A stretch of DNA of 64,000 nucleotides from Octopus vulgaris (taxonomy: Eukaryota). Positions 11,768 to 25,330 of this stretch are shown here, one piece after another. A program made the position numbers and the translations under genes. Under the pieces are notes generated by a model, which was given only the letters and a program-made list of their open reading frames with translations, was not told where the DNA came from and did not search any database. Each line of letters begins with the position of its first letter. Within the stretch, counting starts at the first letter, position 1. The stretch covers positions 21,142,001 to 21,206,000 of the forward strand of contig OX597829.1 of the NCBI GenBank assembly GCA_951406725.2, in the 5' to 3' direction.

Positions 11768-13549
11768 ATAACTTAATTTTATTTAATTTATATAAAATTT
11801 TTTATGTATTGGATTAAGTCTTTCTTTGTTTGATTTGCATAATAGTGGTTTTGTCTCTAATTAATATTATATTATATTTTACTATAAAATTGGATTCAAT
11901 CCTAAATCTGATTTTTCCCTGTAAATTTGGATTTATTCCCTAATATTTATTATAAATATATATATATATAAATAAATAGATATATATAAATAAATAAATA
12001 AATATATAAATATATATATATATATATATAAATATATATATATATATCTTCAAACAACTGCCTATATGTATACATATATTTGAGATTACAATCATACAAC
12101 CAAAGTTGCATGGTAAATGAGGGTAAAAATGTTAGAAAAATGGCAAAGGCAACAAATACATGGAAACACCAACTGCATGAAATGCAAGTACTAAAGTGTG
12201 CATCAATATACTTAATGTAGTTGGAAACCAAAGAAATTTAACAAAAATTATTACACACTGTTAAGTGAGTAGAGAGAAAAAGTTATTAACCTTAATGATA
12301 ATTCTGATAAAAAAGGCAGGGGAGACAACTTTAAGATAAAAATTAACAATTTAATTCTGTGGAAAGTTAATTTGATTTTTGGGAGTATGGTGTTTATATT
12401 GCAGCAAAAGCAAATATTTTGCAAGCAATATTATGTAGTATTCTAAAGGATTTAATTAAAATCATTAATTATAAATACTTTTAAATTAACATGTTTATGC
12501 TGTGCTTGAGAAGACCTGTCAAGCCAAGTGAAACTGTAGTCATGGCTGATGTCAGTGTTATGTAAGTGGCATATAAAAAGTACTATTCAAATATTGGGCC
12601 TCACGGAGGCAATGACAAGTAACCGAGACCTTTGGCAATATACTGTGCTTTAGAAAACCTGTCAAGTCAAGTGAGATCAAAGTTGTGGTCGATGCTGATG
12701 TTTTGTAACTGGCATCTGTGCCAATGACACATAAAATGCACCCACTACACTCTTGGATTGGTTGGCATTAGGAAGGACATTCAGCTGTAGAAACCAAGCC
12801 AAATCAGACTGGAACCTGGTGCAGCTCTCCAGCTTGCCACCTCTAGCACTCAGCACACACTATAAAGTGGTTGGCACTAGGAAGGGCATCCAGCTGTAGA
12901 AACCAAGCCAAATCAAATTGGAAACTCAGCTTCAGTTTCAGTCAAATCACCCAACCCATGTCAGTATGGAAAATGGACATTAAAGGATGATGATGATGAT
13001 GTTCAATATGAAATACAGAAGTAAATTTTTAAGTTCATATTCATTTGCTGTTATGAGAAGAATTTCTCATGATATACTGGACCAAGAGATAAAAAGTCTT
13101 CAAGGAAAAATATGTCTAAAATAATGGTAAAAAAAAAAAAAAATAAATATGGCTGTTGCATATGAGTATCCATAAACTGTGAGCCTTTTTGAGCTAAATA
13201 ATATTATATTTATGGGGCAACTTGATTTAGAAGAAATATCAGTCACAACCATCTCAAATCATACCTACATTTTCTTAAAAAGAAGGAATACACATTAAAT
13301 AATAATTAAATAATTATTATAGATAATTTTAGATACCCCTAAAAAGTTGGGGTAGTCGAGATTGTAACACTTTCAGTTATAGCTTTGCTCAATCAAAGTT
13401 GACTAGAAATTAAGCAACAACCTAAGAAGATTTATAAAATATTTTTCTAAATGAAATCTCCAGTAAGGAATAGTTGATATTAATTTCAGAATATTTTTGC
13501 ATGCATGAATTTTGTTGTACAATTACAAAATCAATGTGAACATATCACA

Positions 13550-13932
13550 TCTCTATATATATAGCTGAAGTTGTCTGTGTATGGCAGGTTTGGTAGCCTT
13601 CAACTAACACTGTCTCCTCTGAGACCCTGTGGCGCAAGTTGACCAAAACTGAGAGTATGAAAGTTTGTTCTTTCTTCCGTAAAAGAAAAAATTAAAATCA
13701 GACCATGTTAACACCAAAAATTATTTACATCAAAAGGGTGCTTTTTTTCTATGAAAAGCCCTATTTTTTACGATTTTTTTACTGCTGTGTCGCCATTTTT
13801 TGGTGTATTTCAACCAGAAAAATGTTCACTTAAAGAGAATAACAAGCTACATAATGCAAAATTTTTACTTTTCAAAAATTCCAATTCTAAAGGGTCGAAA
13901 CAAACCTGAGCAATGCCAGGCGATACTGCTAG
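13550..13932 (+). mobile_element. Non-autonomous Helitron-like element
   Basis: 5' TC, 3' hairpin cctgagcaatgccagg then CTAG; inserted between A and T. Confidence 0.7.
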
Positions 13933-15274
13933 TATATATATATAAAACTAAAGTATAAAGTATTTTTTTTCAAATTTCAATTGCTGTTATGATAATTTTT
14001 CTCGATATATAGGACCAAGTCATTTATCAGAGAAAAAAAGTAAGCTTTTTTTTTGCGTTGTTTGTTGGAAGTAAAACAATTTTCCTCTTTTTCAAACAAA
14101 AGACTTAGTATAAAATATCAGGAAAATTTTCTCTCAATAGCATAAGCCTGCAATTCTAAAAAGTATTTCAGCCATATTGTAAAGTGGTAATGACAAACTT
14201 GGAGCAACAGTTGTTAAAAATCTGTTTTAATTGCTATTATTATTATCATCATCATTAGGGCAGTGAGTGGGCAGAATTGTTAGCACAATGGGCAAAATGC
14301 TTAGCAATATTTCGCCTGTCTTTATGTTCTGAGTTCAAATTCTGCCAAAGTTGACTTTGCCTTTCATCCTTTTGGAGTTGATAAATTAAGTACCAGTGAA
14401 ACACTGGGATCAATGTAATTGACTCGTCCCTTCCCCCAAAATTTCAGGCCTTGTGCCTTTAGTAGAAAGGATTATTATTATTATTAGGATGTTGGCAGAA
14501 TTGTTGGCATGCCGGGGAAAATGTTTTGTAGCATTTTGTCTGTCTTTACATTCTGAGTTCAAATTGCATGGAGGCCGACTTAGCCTTTCAGAGTTGGTAA
14601 AATAAGTACCAGTTGAATAATGGGGTCAATGTAACTGACTTACTCCCACCACCAAACTTGCTGGCCCTGTGCCAAAATTTGAACCCATTATTATTATTAT
14701 TGCATATTTCCCATCAATAACTTAGACCAAAGTTCAATAAAAGACTGGCTATATTTTAAATGTAGAGTATAAATTCATTTATTAAGATTATTGATCTTAG
14801 AGCTATCTTAATGTTTCAACATTTTATCACAGACATCAGAGGTTGTATATGGTAATATCAACAATTTTCATTTTATTTAAGCAAGGTAAAATTAAAAACA
14901 GCAGAAAAAAAAGAAAGAAAGAAAAGGAAAAAAACAATAACACTAATACAACTACAGGATAGAAGATTTTTAATAAAAAAATCAATTGAAGCCACATGCA
15001 TATATGCACGCACACACAAATATAAATATATAATATATATATATAATCTTCAAACACTAGCCAGGGGCAAAACAGCTGCGACATAAGCTACATTTTTCTA
15101 TTTCAAATTTTTGAAAATCACAGTGTATGTGAAACTAGTAATATCTTTAAATATAATAATAAAAAATATTTAAAATATTTTCAGTGCTTTTTCAACTTCT
15201 TTTTTTCTTATATTTTTAGCCATGTGAAATAAAATAACTTTGTTTATATATATTTGTTTATATATATAAACTTC

Positions 15275-15319
<45 letters not shown>

Positions 15320-15351
15320 TTTTTTTATATATATATATATATATATATACG

Positions 15352-15397
<46 letters not shown>

Positions 15398-15442
15398 TAC
15401 ACAAACACATATTTCCAATAAAAATGATAGAAATTTGCTTAC

Positions 15443-15645
15443 TTCTGGTTCACCATTTTCAACTAATTCTTCCACAACTAGGGAAGGGAAAACTCCAATC
15501 TCTCCTTCAATTTCCCCCTGCCAGAATCCGTCATCAATGCCGTTTTCATCTTTTCTAATTATTCTAATATATGTACCCTCAGTAAAGGATAGTTCATCAT
15601 CTGTATTTCCCTCATAATCATAAAGAGCTCTAGCCCAAATTTCAC
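15443..15645 (-). CDS. FCHSD2: FCHSD2-like exon, SH3 #2 (GEIWARALYDYEGNTDDELSFTEGTYIRIIRKDENGIDDGFWQGEIEGEIGVFPSLVVEEL)
   Basis: catacag acceptor, GAA|gtaagc donor; 203 nt, phase 1 to 0; closely follows the FCHSD second SH3 signature ALYDYEG.TDDELSF.EG...DDGFW.GE..G.IGVFPS..VEEL. Confidence 0.97.
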
Positions 15646-16719
15646 CTGTATGCAAAATTTGAAAATAAATATGTTTATTAACATTTGTGAATACTCAGAG
15701 TTTGAAAGATTAAAACTAAAAATTTCTCAAAGAAGTTCGTTTTTATTTAGTTCTTTTCTAAATATTTTTTAGTTTCAAATGTTTTTATACATTTAGAATA
15801 GAAAAAAAAAATCAACTCAGGAAGTATATTTAATATATGATTATGATGAGTCAGCTTCATATGCAGATGTTAGGCAATATGAGAACTTCCTTGACAACTT
15901 AGGGTGAGAATCAAACTGATTGCTTTCATTGCTACTTAAGATTGTATGGCTTCTGCTTACCTTTAACAAATACATACATTCAGAAATTTGCAATTATATA
16001 AGTATACAATAGTAATATACAAATATATTTTTTTATATTATTTTATGACTAAAATAAATTGTAGTCATCAATCATCAATAAATATCCACAATGTAAACAA
16101 TATATGAGCAAAGTAAAAACTAGACACACATTTCTGTGTGTGACTTCTCTAGAACAAATAGGAGAAACAGAACTCAATACATAAGTATCATATACTCATG
16201 TTATATTTCTTTTTAATCAACAGAAAGTGAATGGTGTTTATCAAACTTTGATAAGTACCATGCATAAAACACTTGTTTAAGTTACTTTTGTAATGTTCTG
16301 ATTTTAAAAATGTGTGTTTGTATTAAAAATGGGGAAGGCCAGCTTATGGTATTACCTTAGGTTTCTTGTCCATAAAGGGTTTAGCTTTATGGTGTATCGT
16401 CAGATCCCCAAAACCTGTTGGCCCATGACCTCTTGAAAATATGGAGAAACCCTTTAAGGACAGGAAATCTACAGTAATCCCATAAACCGGCCTTTCCTAT
16501 TTTTTATATATACTGCTCCACATCTTAAAGTGCTCCTTCTTTCAGATTTGTTTTTCACAAACGATATATGGAGATATGCTGTCACTCCAAAGACCTGACA
16601 AATAACGTGAGTTCCTAGCTGTTTCCTGCACCAGCTTTACATAGAAGCCCCAACCCAACCAAAGTGCTTTGGATCACAGGATGGCCTGCTATGCTTACCT
16701 TGGATTGTAGGGCAACCTA

Positions 16720-17110
16720 CTGTGCTTGAGGAGACCTATTGAGTCAAGTACATCAACATCAAAAAATCAAATGGAAATTGTAGTTGTGATACCCATGCAG
16801 GTGGCATGTAAAAAGCACCATCCGAACGTGGTCGATGCCAGCGCCGCCTTGACTGGCTTCCGTGCCGGTGGCACACAAAACCCACCAGCAGATTGTGGCT
16901 GTTGCCAGCCTCCCCCTGACACCTGTGCCAGTGGCACGTAAAAAGCACCCACTACACTCACGGAGTGGTTGGCGTTAGGAAGGGCATCCAGCTGTAGAAA
17001 CACTGCCAGATCAGACTGGAGCCTGGTGCAGCCTCCTGGCTTCCCAGACCCCGATCGAACCGTCCAACCTGTGCTAGCATGGAAAACAGACATTAAACGA
17101 TGATGATGAT
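16720..17110 (+). mobile_element. SINE-like repeat with a V-like domain, internal minisatellite and (GAT)n tail
   Basis: ggttggcgttaggaagggcatccagctgtag...ccatgctagcatggaaa..gacgttaaacgatgatg; copies at about 830-1130, 12500-12980, 37525-37680, 42215-42705, 51955-52290, 27115-27370(-) and 45240-45500(-). Confidence 0.75.
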
Positions 17111-17621
17111 ATATATATATATATATATATGTTTATGTATTTGTTTTGCAGGATTCTTGATTTGAAATTGTGTGTTGATGTGTGTTGAAACAGATATTGT
17201 TATACTTGGGGGATGGTCATTTTCCCCCAATCAAAAACTAGCATTATTTATTTGATCTTCACTTTATATTTTATACACATTATTTTTAGTTTATTTGTCT
17301 GTCAAAGTTTTTTTGTCACAGATTCTGTGATGTCTTCAGTGAATCTCTGTCCCATGTGTTTCCCCCTCTTGTCCTATCTTTAAATACTTTCATCTGAGTG
17401 TTTTTACATTTCTGCTTATCAACACAACTTATGGAACAAACTCTGAGTGGCAACGGAAGGCAGTCTCAGTATCAAATAAATAATGTATGTGTGTGTGTGT
17501 GTGTGTGTGTCTGTGTGTGTGTGTGTGTCTGTGTGTGTGTACCAGAATAAATGTCAACTGAAATTTTGTGTAATCTCAATAAAAATAAAATGGAGAAAAA
17601 TATTCCAAGAAGGGTACATAC

Positions 17622-18060
17622 CGTCATTAGGAATCAGTGGAAGGTTTGGAACAGCAGGTATCTCTGAGGTAGTTTGGGCAGTTGCTTGCTGTACTTCAAG
17701 GTCTCCAGAGGAAAATGAAGATGCCACATCGTAATGAGAAACATCACTTGGTGGTTCCATATGGTTTGTCATTGTAAAGTCTGGGGGTGGCGGCATATCA
17801 TTGTTGTCTTGCCCAGCAGCTCTGATTTCTTCAGCAGTCAAGTCAGTAGCTGGGGGTATGTCGGGTGCTGGCGGCAGGTCAGGAGTGGAAAGAGCTGCAT
17901 GAGGGGGTGAAGACATTGATGGCATATCCAGACTACTGGATGGATCGTATGTCTCCATTGATGCTGTTGTGGTAGGTTGCATACTGGGTTGCTCACCATC
18001 TTCTAAGAAACGAACGTAACTTTCGGGAATGAAACCAATTTGGCCTTGTGAATCTTTGGC
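17622..18060 (-). CDS. FCHSD2: FCHSD2-like exon, end of SH3 #1 (AKDSQGQIGFIPESYVRFL) plus Pro/Ser-rich inter-SH3 linker
   Basis: ttttag acceptor; frame continues into ORF 17554..17982; GAC G|gtatgt donor; 439 nt, phase 0 to 1; GxxPxxYV SH3 motif. Confidence 0.88.
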
Positions 18061-18552
18061 CTAAAACACAAGAGATTAGAAAAGAACAAATGAAAGAGAG
18101 AGAAAGGGAGAGAGGGAGAGAAAGGGAGAGAGAGAGACGGAAAGAGAAACTGAGAGAGAAACAAGTAGCCAGCAGGAATGATAGGAAATAGAAAAAAAGA
18201 GAATAATTGGACAAGCAGATGCAAACATTCATATGTACATGTGTGTGTATGTGTATGCACACGAGGAGTTTCTGTAGAGTAATAGGATTTATAATTGTAT
18301 TCAATATCAAGGGCAGGATGAGTCCCCACCAAGCTGATTTACTCATGATACATCATGTGAACATAATGCCTTCAAAAGAACCTCTGGTAATACATTCAGA
18401 TTTGTTTTTAAATATATTCTTATATGTTTGTTTGTCTATATCTATTCAGCTACCTATATACACATGCACATACACAAACACATGTATAAGGAGGAAACAG
18501 AAAGTGGATGCAAGCATATAAATATATAAATACATGTACATACTTATTCATA

Positions 18553-18589
<37 letters not shown>

Positions 18590-20679
18590 ATATATATATG
18601 GTCATTAAGAATGAAATGTCTGATTTTCTTATGCATCAAGTTTGACAGACGTTAATTTTTACTGTTTTATCCTGACAATACTTTGTTTTACAAAACCGAA
18701 GAGTTACATCATCACTTTTTGAAATGTAATTCTTGATGTCTGATTATATTGTGAGTTTTCTCTTGTAAATCAATTTTTCTGAACCCATGGATAGATAAAA
18801 AAAATTTGCGTTGTTTATGAATATAAGTTCCATCATGGAACCAATGCAACCCAGATGAGCTTGACACATCAATGAGGTGTTTGGTGAAGATGTGGTGAAT
18901 GAGTCTACTGAACGTTGATGGTTTGAGAAGTTCTGGTCTGGTGACTTTACTCTTGAAAATCAGCCTCATGGTAGACCTGAGACCAAGGTGGATAATGATG
19001 AGCTGGAAACTGTAGTGAGAGCAGATCCATCTAAAACTACATGTGAGTAAGCAGCAAGGTTTGATTCCAAGCCTGGTACTTATGCTACTGGTCTATTATG
19101 CAAAATTAGTAAGTTACATGGATGTAAACAAACCAACACCAATTGCATGATAGTGGTGGGGGACAAACACAAAGAAACACACACACACACACTGTGGGCT
19201 TCATTCAGTTTCCTTCTACCAAATCCACTCAAAAAGCTTTGGCTAGTCTAGGGCTATAATCGAAGACATTTGCTCAAGGTGCAACATAGTGTGGCTGAAC
19301 CCGGAACTATGTGGGAAGCAAACTTTTTACCCCACTGCCAAGACACAATTACGGGTGGTAAGAGGTGCAGGAGATATTTAGACAGTGCAAAAGTGGTAGA
19401 AAATCAGTCAGCTCTGAGAATCAGAGGCCACTGTAGTAGGTAGAGAAAGTGCAGTGTTATGAGTCAGTGTATCTATGGATGGACGGTTTGGGTGTGTTGG
19501 TTCATGACTCAATACAAATCAGTCCAAGTTCTATGTCAGCAGTATCAGCACCATCCAATACATAAATACATACACACACACACATGCATTATCATAAAAC
19601 CTACAAGATACACAAAGCTATTCTTCATCTCCATCAGCCTCTAGACAAAGGAAGATTTCATTGTTTCAGGTGCTTTGGCAGCACAGTCCTTTCTAATGTT
19701 GTTAGCAGTACAAGTTGCAGGAGTTGATGTGAATAGCTGATACTGTATTGCTTAGTGCTAACTTCTTTAATTTCTTTTGATTTAGATAAGCGTATTTTTG
19801 TTTAGCTCATTTTTTTCTTTTACTGGCATTAGAACAATATTACACAATGTATCCTTTATATACACACATGTTTGTATGTGGGGGCATATCAGTCTGGGTT
19901 AGTGTGGGCTGTAAATTCCAAGACCAGAACAAAGTTCAGTAGACCAGATGAATGCAGTTTTTCATGCTTGTTTTCTTGAGAAAAAATCTGCGACTTATCT
20001 ACTTGTATAACTGGTACATAAAGTATAAATTTAATTTCCATTTTGATGTACGCATGTAATAAAAATTTATCTACAAACAGAACACAGATGCATACAATAT
20101 CACTACTATTATCATTTTACAACTCCTATTTCTTATACCTTTATAGGTAAAAATTTTAAAAAAATCTTTTTATAAGTTAGTCAGGGAAGGAAGTACAATG
20201 TCTCTCCTCCATCAGGCTGGTAAGGTTGATGCTTAGCTTGAAGATTTTTAGATTATAATATTTTCAGCAAAAGCATGAATGTAGAGAGAATTCCAGAGTG
20301 TTGCAGCCCCAGGAAAGAAAGGACTTTACTTGCATAACCTTTTCATGTTGTACTTTAAAATACATAATAATTTGTTGGGTCAGTTCAAATTCACAGAGGT
20401 GGACTTTGATACTAATAATTTTCTTCTTACACCAGTTACCATCAGGAAGGTAGCTTCAACACAGTTGTTCACTACATCATAACCTATTGTTTCAGAAATG
20501 GACATCATAAATCTAGATACACTGCTTGAAATAAAGACAAGATATTCATGGCTTTGCTCATTCAGAACTCACCTGTGGTTAAACAACAACCATCAATTAT
20601 TAGTTTGTGTTTCTTATCACTTAAATTTACCATTTTCCATAAAACTAATGAGGGATATCCCATGTAATCGTTCAATATA

Positions 20680-21066
20680 TATGGAAGCACTCCGTCGGTT
20701 ACGACGACGAGGGTTCTGGTTGATCCGATCAACGGAACAGCCTGCTCGTGAAATTAACATGTAAGTGGCTGAGCATTCCACAGACACGTGTACCCTTAAC
20801 GTAGTTCTCGGGGATATTCAGCGTGACACAGAGAGTGACAAGGCTGGCCCTTTGAAATACAGGTACAACAGAAACAGGAAGTAAGAGTGAGAGAAAGTTG
20901 TGGTGAAAGAGTACAGCAGGGATCACCACCATCCCTGCCGGAGCCTCATGGAGCTTTAGGTGTTTTCGCTCAATAAACACTCACAATGCCCGGTCTGGGA
21001 ATCGAAACCGCGATCCTACGACCGCGAGTCCGCTACCCTAACCACTGGGCTATTGCGCCTCCATTC
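20680..21066 (-). mobile_element. Young chimeric tRNA-SINE
   Basis: 14-bp TSD aatcgttcaatata (20666-20679, 21067-21080); CpG-rich; head like the 4000 copy and tail like the 2575 copy. Confidence 0.88.
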
Positions 21067-22760
21067 AATCGTTCAATATAGCAACCATGTTTCCACAAAC
21101 TCTATTATCATTGAAATGTGGACCAAGTATCTTAAGTTGTAGATCTAAGAATTTTACATTTGAATGTCAGCTATAATGATGGAATGGTTCAGATAAGAAC
21201 GTTGATTATATGATTCTTTGATTTGATTTTTGTGCCCAATCAGAGCTGAACAGCAGCAGCAACAACACTAACAAATGCTTACCATAAAACCACACATCAA
21301 CAATATTCTTTGTCATGACTATATTTTTAACGAGTAGCTTATATATATATATATATGTATAGTTATTTACTTAAGTTAATTTTCAACAAATTCAAGATTT
21401 TGGAGGGGTTTAGTAAAATATATAACTTTATATATTTTGGATACAATGTTGTTGACGAACTGGAATATTATATTTTTTATTTTGCAATGAGATTTTTAAT
21501 TGACATTTTGATTTAAATATGGATATTTTTATAACAATGGTCTCAGGTAGGTTGGCATGAAAAGGGTCAAAATCAAAATCATAATGGCTTTCAAGTTTTC
21601 TTTCCTTTTTATTTCTATCAATGTGTGCTTAAATGTTTTTAATATAAATAAAATCCTTTGTTTGAAAAGAATTAGAGATTTGAAAATAACAAAACTCCAA
21701 TAGGACTTCATTCTTGGAATGTAACATGTTTACTGATTTGATGTTGGAAAGTACTAGCCAAGATATGAGTGTTAGTTCATGAATTTAATAATAATCTATG
21801 ATATATTTCTTCAAGTTTTACACTAACTGCTTAATTGGCCATATGGAATATAATAGAGGAGTCTCACTAAGTGTTCAAATAGTTCTTTGTTTGATATGGG
21901 AGACAGATGAGATCACTTAAAAAATATATGCAAGACAGAAGACAGATTTTTGGTGCTTAGGTACCTTCAAATGAGTCTAATTTTCTTGCAAGCATTGGGG
22001 TCAGATCTTCATTTTGAAGACAACATCAACCTTTCCTCTCACCATTCTTGGATGTCATGAAAAAGGTCAGAGGTACTATTCTTCCCTTTCTGACTTAGTC
22101 ATAAAAATGAAAAGGATGAAAAAACAAGCTAATACTGATAGTACTTTGTACTTTTAGTCCTGCAAGCTGCTGCATAATGTTGAGGACCGCAAGTTAAAAC
22201 TGATGATAATGTAACAGGGTAGATTGAATTCTTTAGTGTTGTTAAAAAGAACCTGCCTCCCTGTCTAGAGCTTAATGTCTGGTAAAATGTGGACTGGTTG
22301 CATGATAAAATGCACCAAGTCTACACAAAAATGTGCTTAGTGATAGGAAAGGCATTTGGCCACAAGAACCATCTTTACTTAGCAATAAAGATGGCTGGTT
22401 TTACTCTGTCACTGTACATGTGTGACAAATTGTAAAGAGTGGTCAGATGTTGCAAGACCCTTCCAACCCATAGAAAAACATGTTAAATGAGGATGTTGAC
22501 AATGGTGATGATGATAATGATATTGTGTTTAGTAGGGCCAGTAGAAGAAGGTATAGTTTAGAATGTTACATTATTATAGAAAAATACAGCTGTGTTGCAG
22601 TTGAGCACAAATATTGTATACCTGTGTTTGTGAATTACCTGGGATATAGTTGGCTTTCTAGAAATACTTTGATACTATCCTTTTTGCTTTCCAATAAAAT
22701 ATGAAAGATAATGAAATCTCCTTCCCAAGGTAACTTATACTATAGGAGCGCTGAGAAATG

Positions 22761-22805
<45 letters not shown>

Positions 22806-23511
22806 ACACCACCACTACTACTACTTCGTAGGTACTAAATATCTCCTGCTCCCCATCTGAATATGTGGTTAAAGAGAAGATAATTAGAGAAAGAGAAAAC
22901 AACTTGGTAAAGTTAATTACTTTCATAGTTCTTAAAGTTCCTAACCCCACTCACATGATTTTAAAATTGGGACCAGATTAGAGAGCTTTTTTTGTTTTTT
23001 TCTTTTTAAATTTAATTTGTGTAACAAGAATAAAAATTTGAAAATACTAAGAAATATTTTTCTGAGTGTTATTTAATAGCTGTTGTTAATATATTGAAGG
23101 AAATCAGGTGGCAAGCTGGCAGAATCATTAGCCTACCAGGTAAAATGCTTCACATTTCATCCATCTTTACATTCTGAGTTCAAATGCTGTCAAGGTTGAC
23201 TTTACCTTTTATCCTTTCGGAGCAAATAAAATAAGTACCATTTGGACACAGGGGTCGTTGTAATTGCCTTACCCTCTGCCCCAAACTTCTTGGCCTTGTG
23301 GTGAAATTTGAAATCAAAAGATTGTAGGGAATTTTGAATTTATAATGAAACCTTTTATGCAGCTAATTAGAAAGATATTTTGACTGGTGTTTACCCTATG
23401 CGTAGCTGTCACTTTTGTGTTTCTTGTGACTCCAGTAGTTTTATTTATGTAGTGAACCAGGCATATTTTACCACCAAGGTGACCACTAAAGTGTTCTTAC
23501 CAAATGCTTAC

Positions 23512-23757
23512 CTGTACCCAGCCATCACCATCACCATCTCCTATCACTTCAATACTTTCATTTTCCTCCAGACCAAGCTCATCAGAGTTTGTGGCTTGGA
23601 ATGTATATAAAGCTTGAGCATAAATTGGATATTGTCTGGAGGATGAAGAACTTTGGATAGCTGGGCTCATGGAAACTTGTTCTATTTCTGCAACTTCTTC
23701 TACATAGTCATCGTCATCATCAAAGTGTGTATATGTAGCTTCAGGTTCTTCTGTCGG
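23512..23757 (-). CDS. FCHSD2: FCHSD2-like exon, acidic linker and N-terminal part of SH3 #1 (YPIYAQALYTFQATNSDELGLEENESIEVIGDGDGDGWVQ)
   Basis: acacag acceptor, CAG|gtaagc donor; 246 nt; SH3 motifs ALYxF, DEL and GW. Confidence 0.93.
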
Positions 23758-25217
23758 CTGTGTACAAATGGGCATGGGGAAATTCAATAGGTACATCAAA
23801 CAATTTCATCATACACATCAAACAAGCATAGATTATTTTGGAAAAATGTATTATTCTGTTTACCAGCAGAATAAGAAAATTAATTAAAGATGAAGTTTGG
23901 AGACATCTTAGACCTTAAGGATAAGATTCCATCATTCTCATTATCAATTAGCAAACAAAAGAAATGCAGATATGCAATTTTAACAGCCTTACATGATAAC
24001 GAAATGCAAGAGTTTAAAGTCAGACAGATGCGAGATATTACAGATAGAAAAGTCATACAACTGCAGAGAATAAAAGCCTCTTAACACAAAGTTAGAGAAA
24101 ATTGATTAATCCAGTATTTCAGCTTACCAAAACCTTAATCTTGTGGTTGTGAAGGAGCATGGTTTTGTGTTTAGGCTGTTGGACTCATGATAATAATGAT
24201 GAGTGTTCTGTTTCTGATGTATTGTGACTTTGGGCAAAGTATTTCATTTAATGTTGTTCCAATTAACTCAGCTGAAAATTAATTATGTCTGTTTCAAAGT
24301 GGCCCTTGCAGACTATTAACCCAAAATCTTACAAATGATGAGACACTGGTTGATAGGGCTTGTGAAAATTTAATTTTTTCTCTCTAACTTTTGCATTGTT
24401 AAGTGGCTTTTATTATCTTTCTATTTAAAATATTGAAATATCCATATTCGATGAAAATTAAAAGAATGCTTTTGTATTTTATGATTTGATTTCTTATCTT
24501 ATATCATTCAATGAAATGAAATATGAAAAAGAAAATTATAAGATTCAAGACTTGGAAGTTTTGGGAGATTTGTAGAAAACAGTCAAGGAAAAGCAAACAT
24601 CTATCCAGAATTTTTTTCCTTGTTTTATAGTCAAGCTTTTAGATAGAAGGGAAATGAACAGCACTGAATTCAGAAAAGGGGATTGTAAAATAGGAGAAAG
24701 ATGCATAAATGACCGGGAATTAAATTCAGGCAAAAAAATTTTGTGTATACTAACTGCAGTGATAATCATCTTCATACATACGTACATATGTATTTACTTG
24801 TTTCAGTCATTTGGCTGTGGCCATGCTGGGGCACCATCTTGACTACACTTAAGTATGTATTGTCTCATTGTTATACAAGTGTGTATTATATTTGGCTGTA
24901 TGTATGTGTTTATAAAACTAAACTGATATTTTTATTAGGCTGTTTTGTTTTTAGGAATTTCCTTTTTCTCTTTGGCATATTCAAAGAAATAATGCAATGC
25001 AACTAAACCACCGAGAGATAGTTATTTTTTTGTTTATCTTAATGAAGAATTTAAAAATTTGAGAACCTTAAATTCAATAATGCCTATTCTTATCTATTCC
25101 CTTTTGAGATACTTGAATGTATTATACATAATTTTTGTGGGGCTTTTATGAAATCAATAATAAAAGCTACAACTACAGCCACAAGACTCCATCAAAATGC
25201 AAGATTAAATTACTTAC

Positions 25218-25330
25218 TCCACTGGAACTTTCAGTTCTTACCGATGCTTGACTAGGTGTACGAGAAACAGCATCTGGCTCAGCAGCAAGACTATCTGTTT
25301 GTGCATTGGTAAGCCATTCATCAACATTAA
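25218..25330 (-). CDS. FCHSD2: FCHSD2-like exon (INVDEWLTNAQTDSLAAEPDAVSRTPSQASVRTESSSG)
   Basis: caaaag acceptor, GGA|gtaagt donor; 113 nt, phase 1 to 0; V.VD.WL motif. Confidence 0.88.

Larger units (their letters stand above)
11499..11941. mobile_element. Palindromic Penelope/retrozyme-like element with a perfect inverted repeat at 11499-11873
   Basis: 187-bp arms with a 1-nt loop at 11686; hammerhead motifs; family terminus ccaaaYttacagggaaaaa (reverse) near 11910-11941; flanked by TA-rich repeats. Confidence 0.75.
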
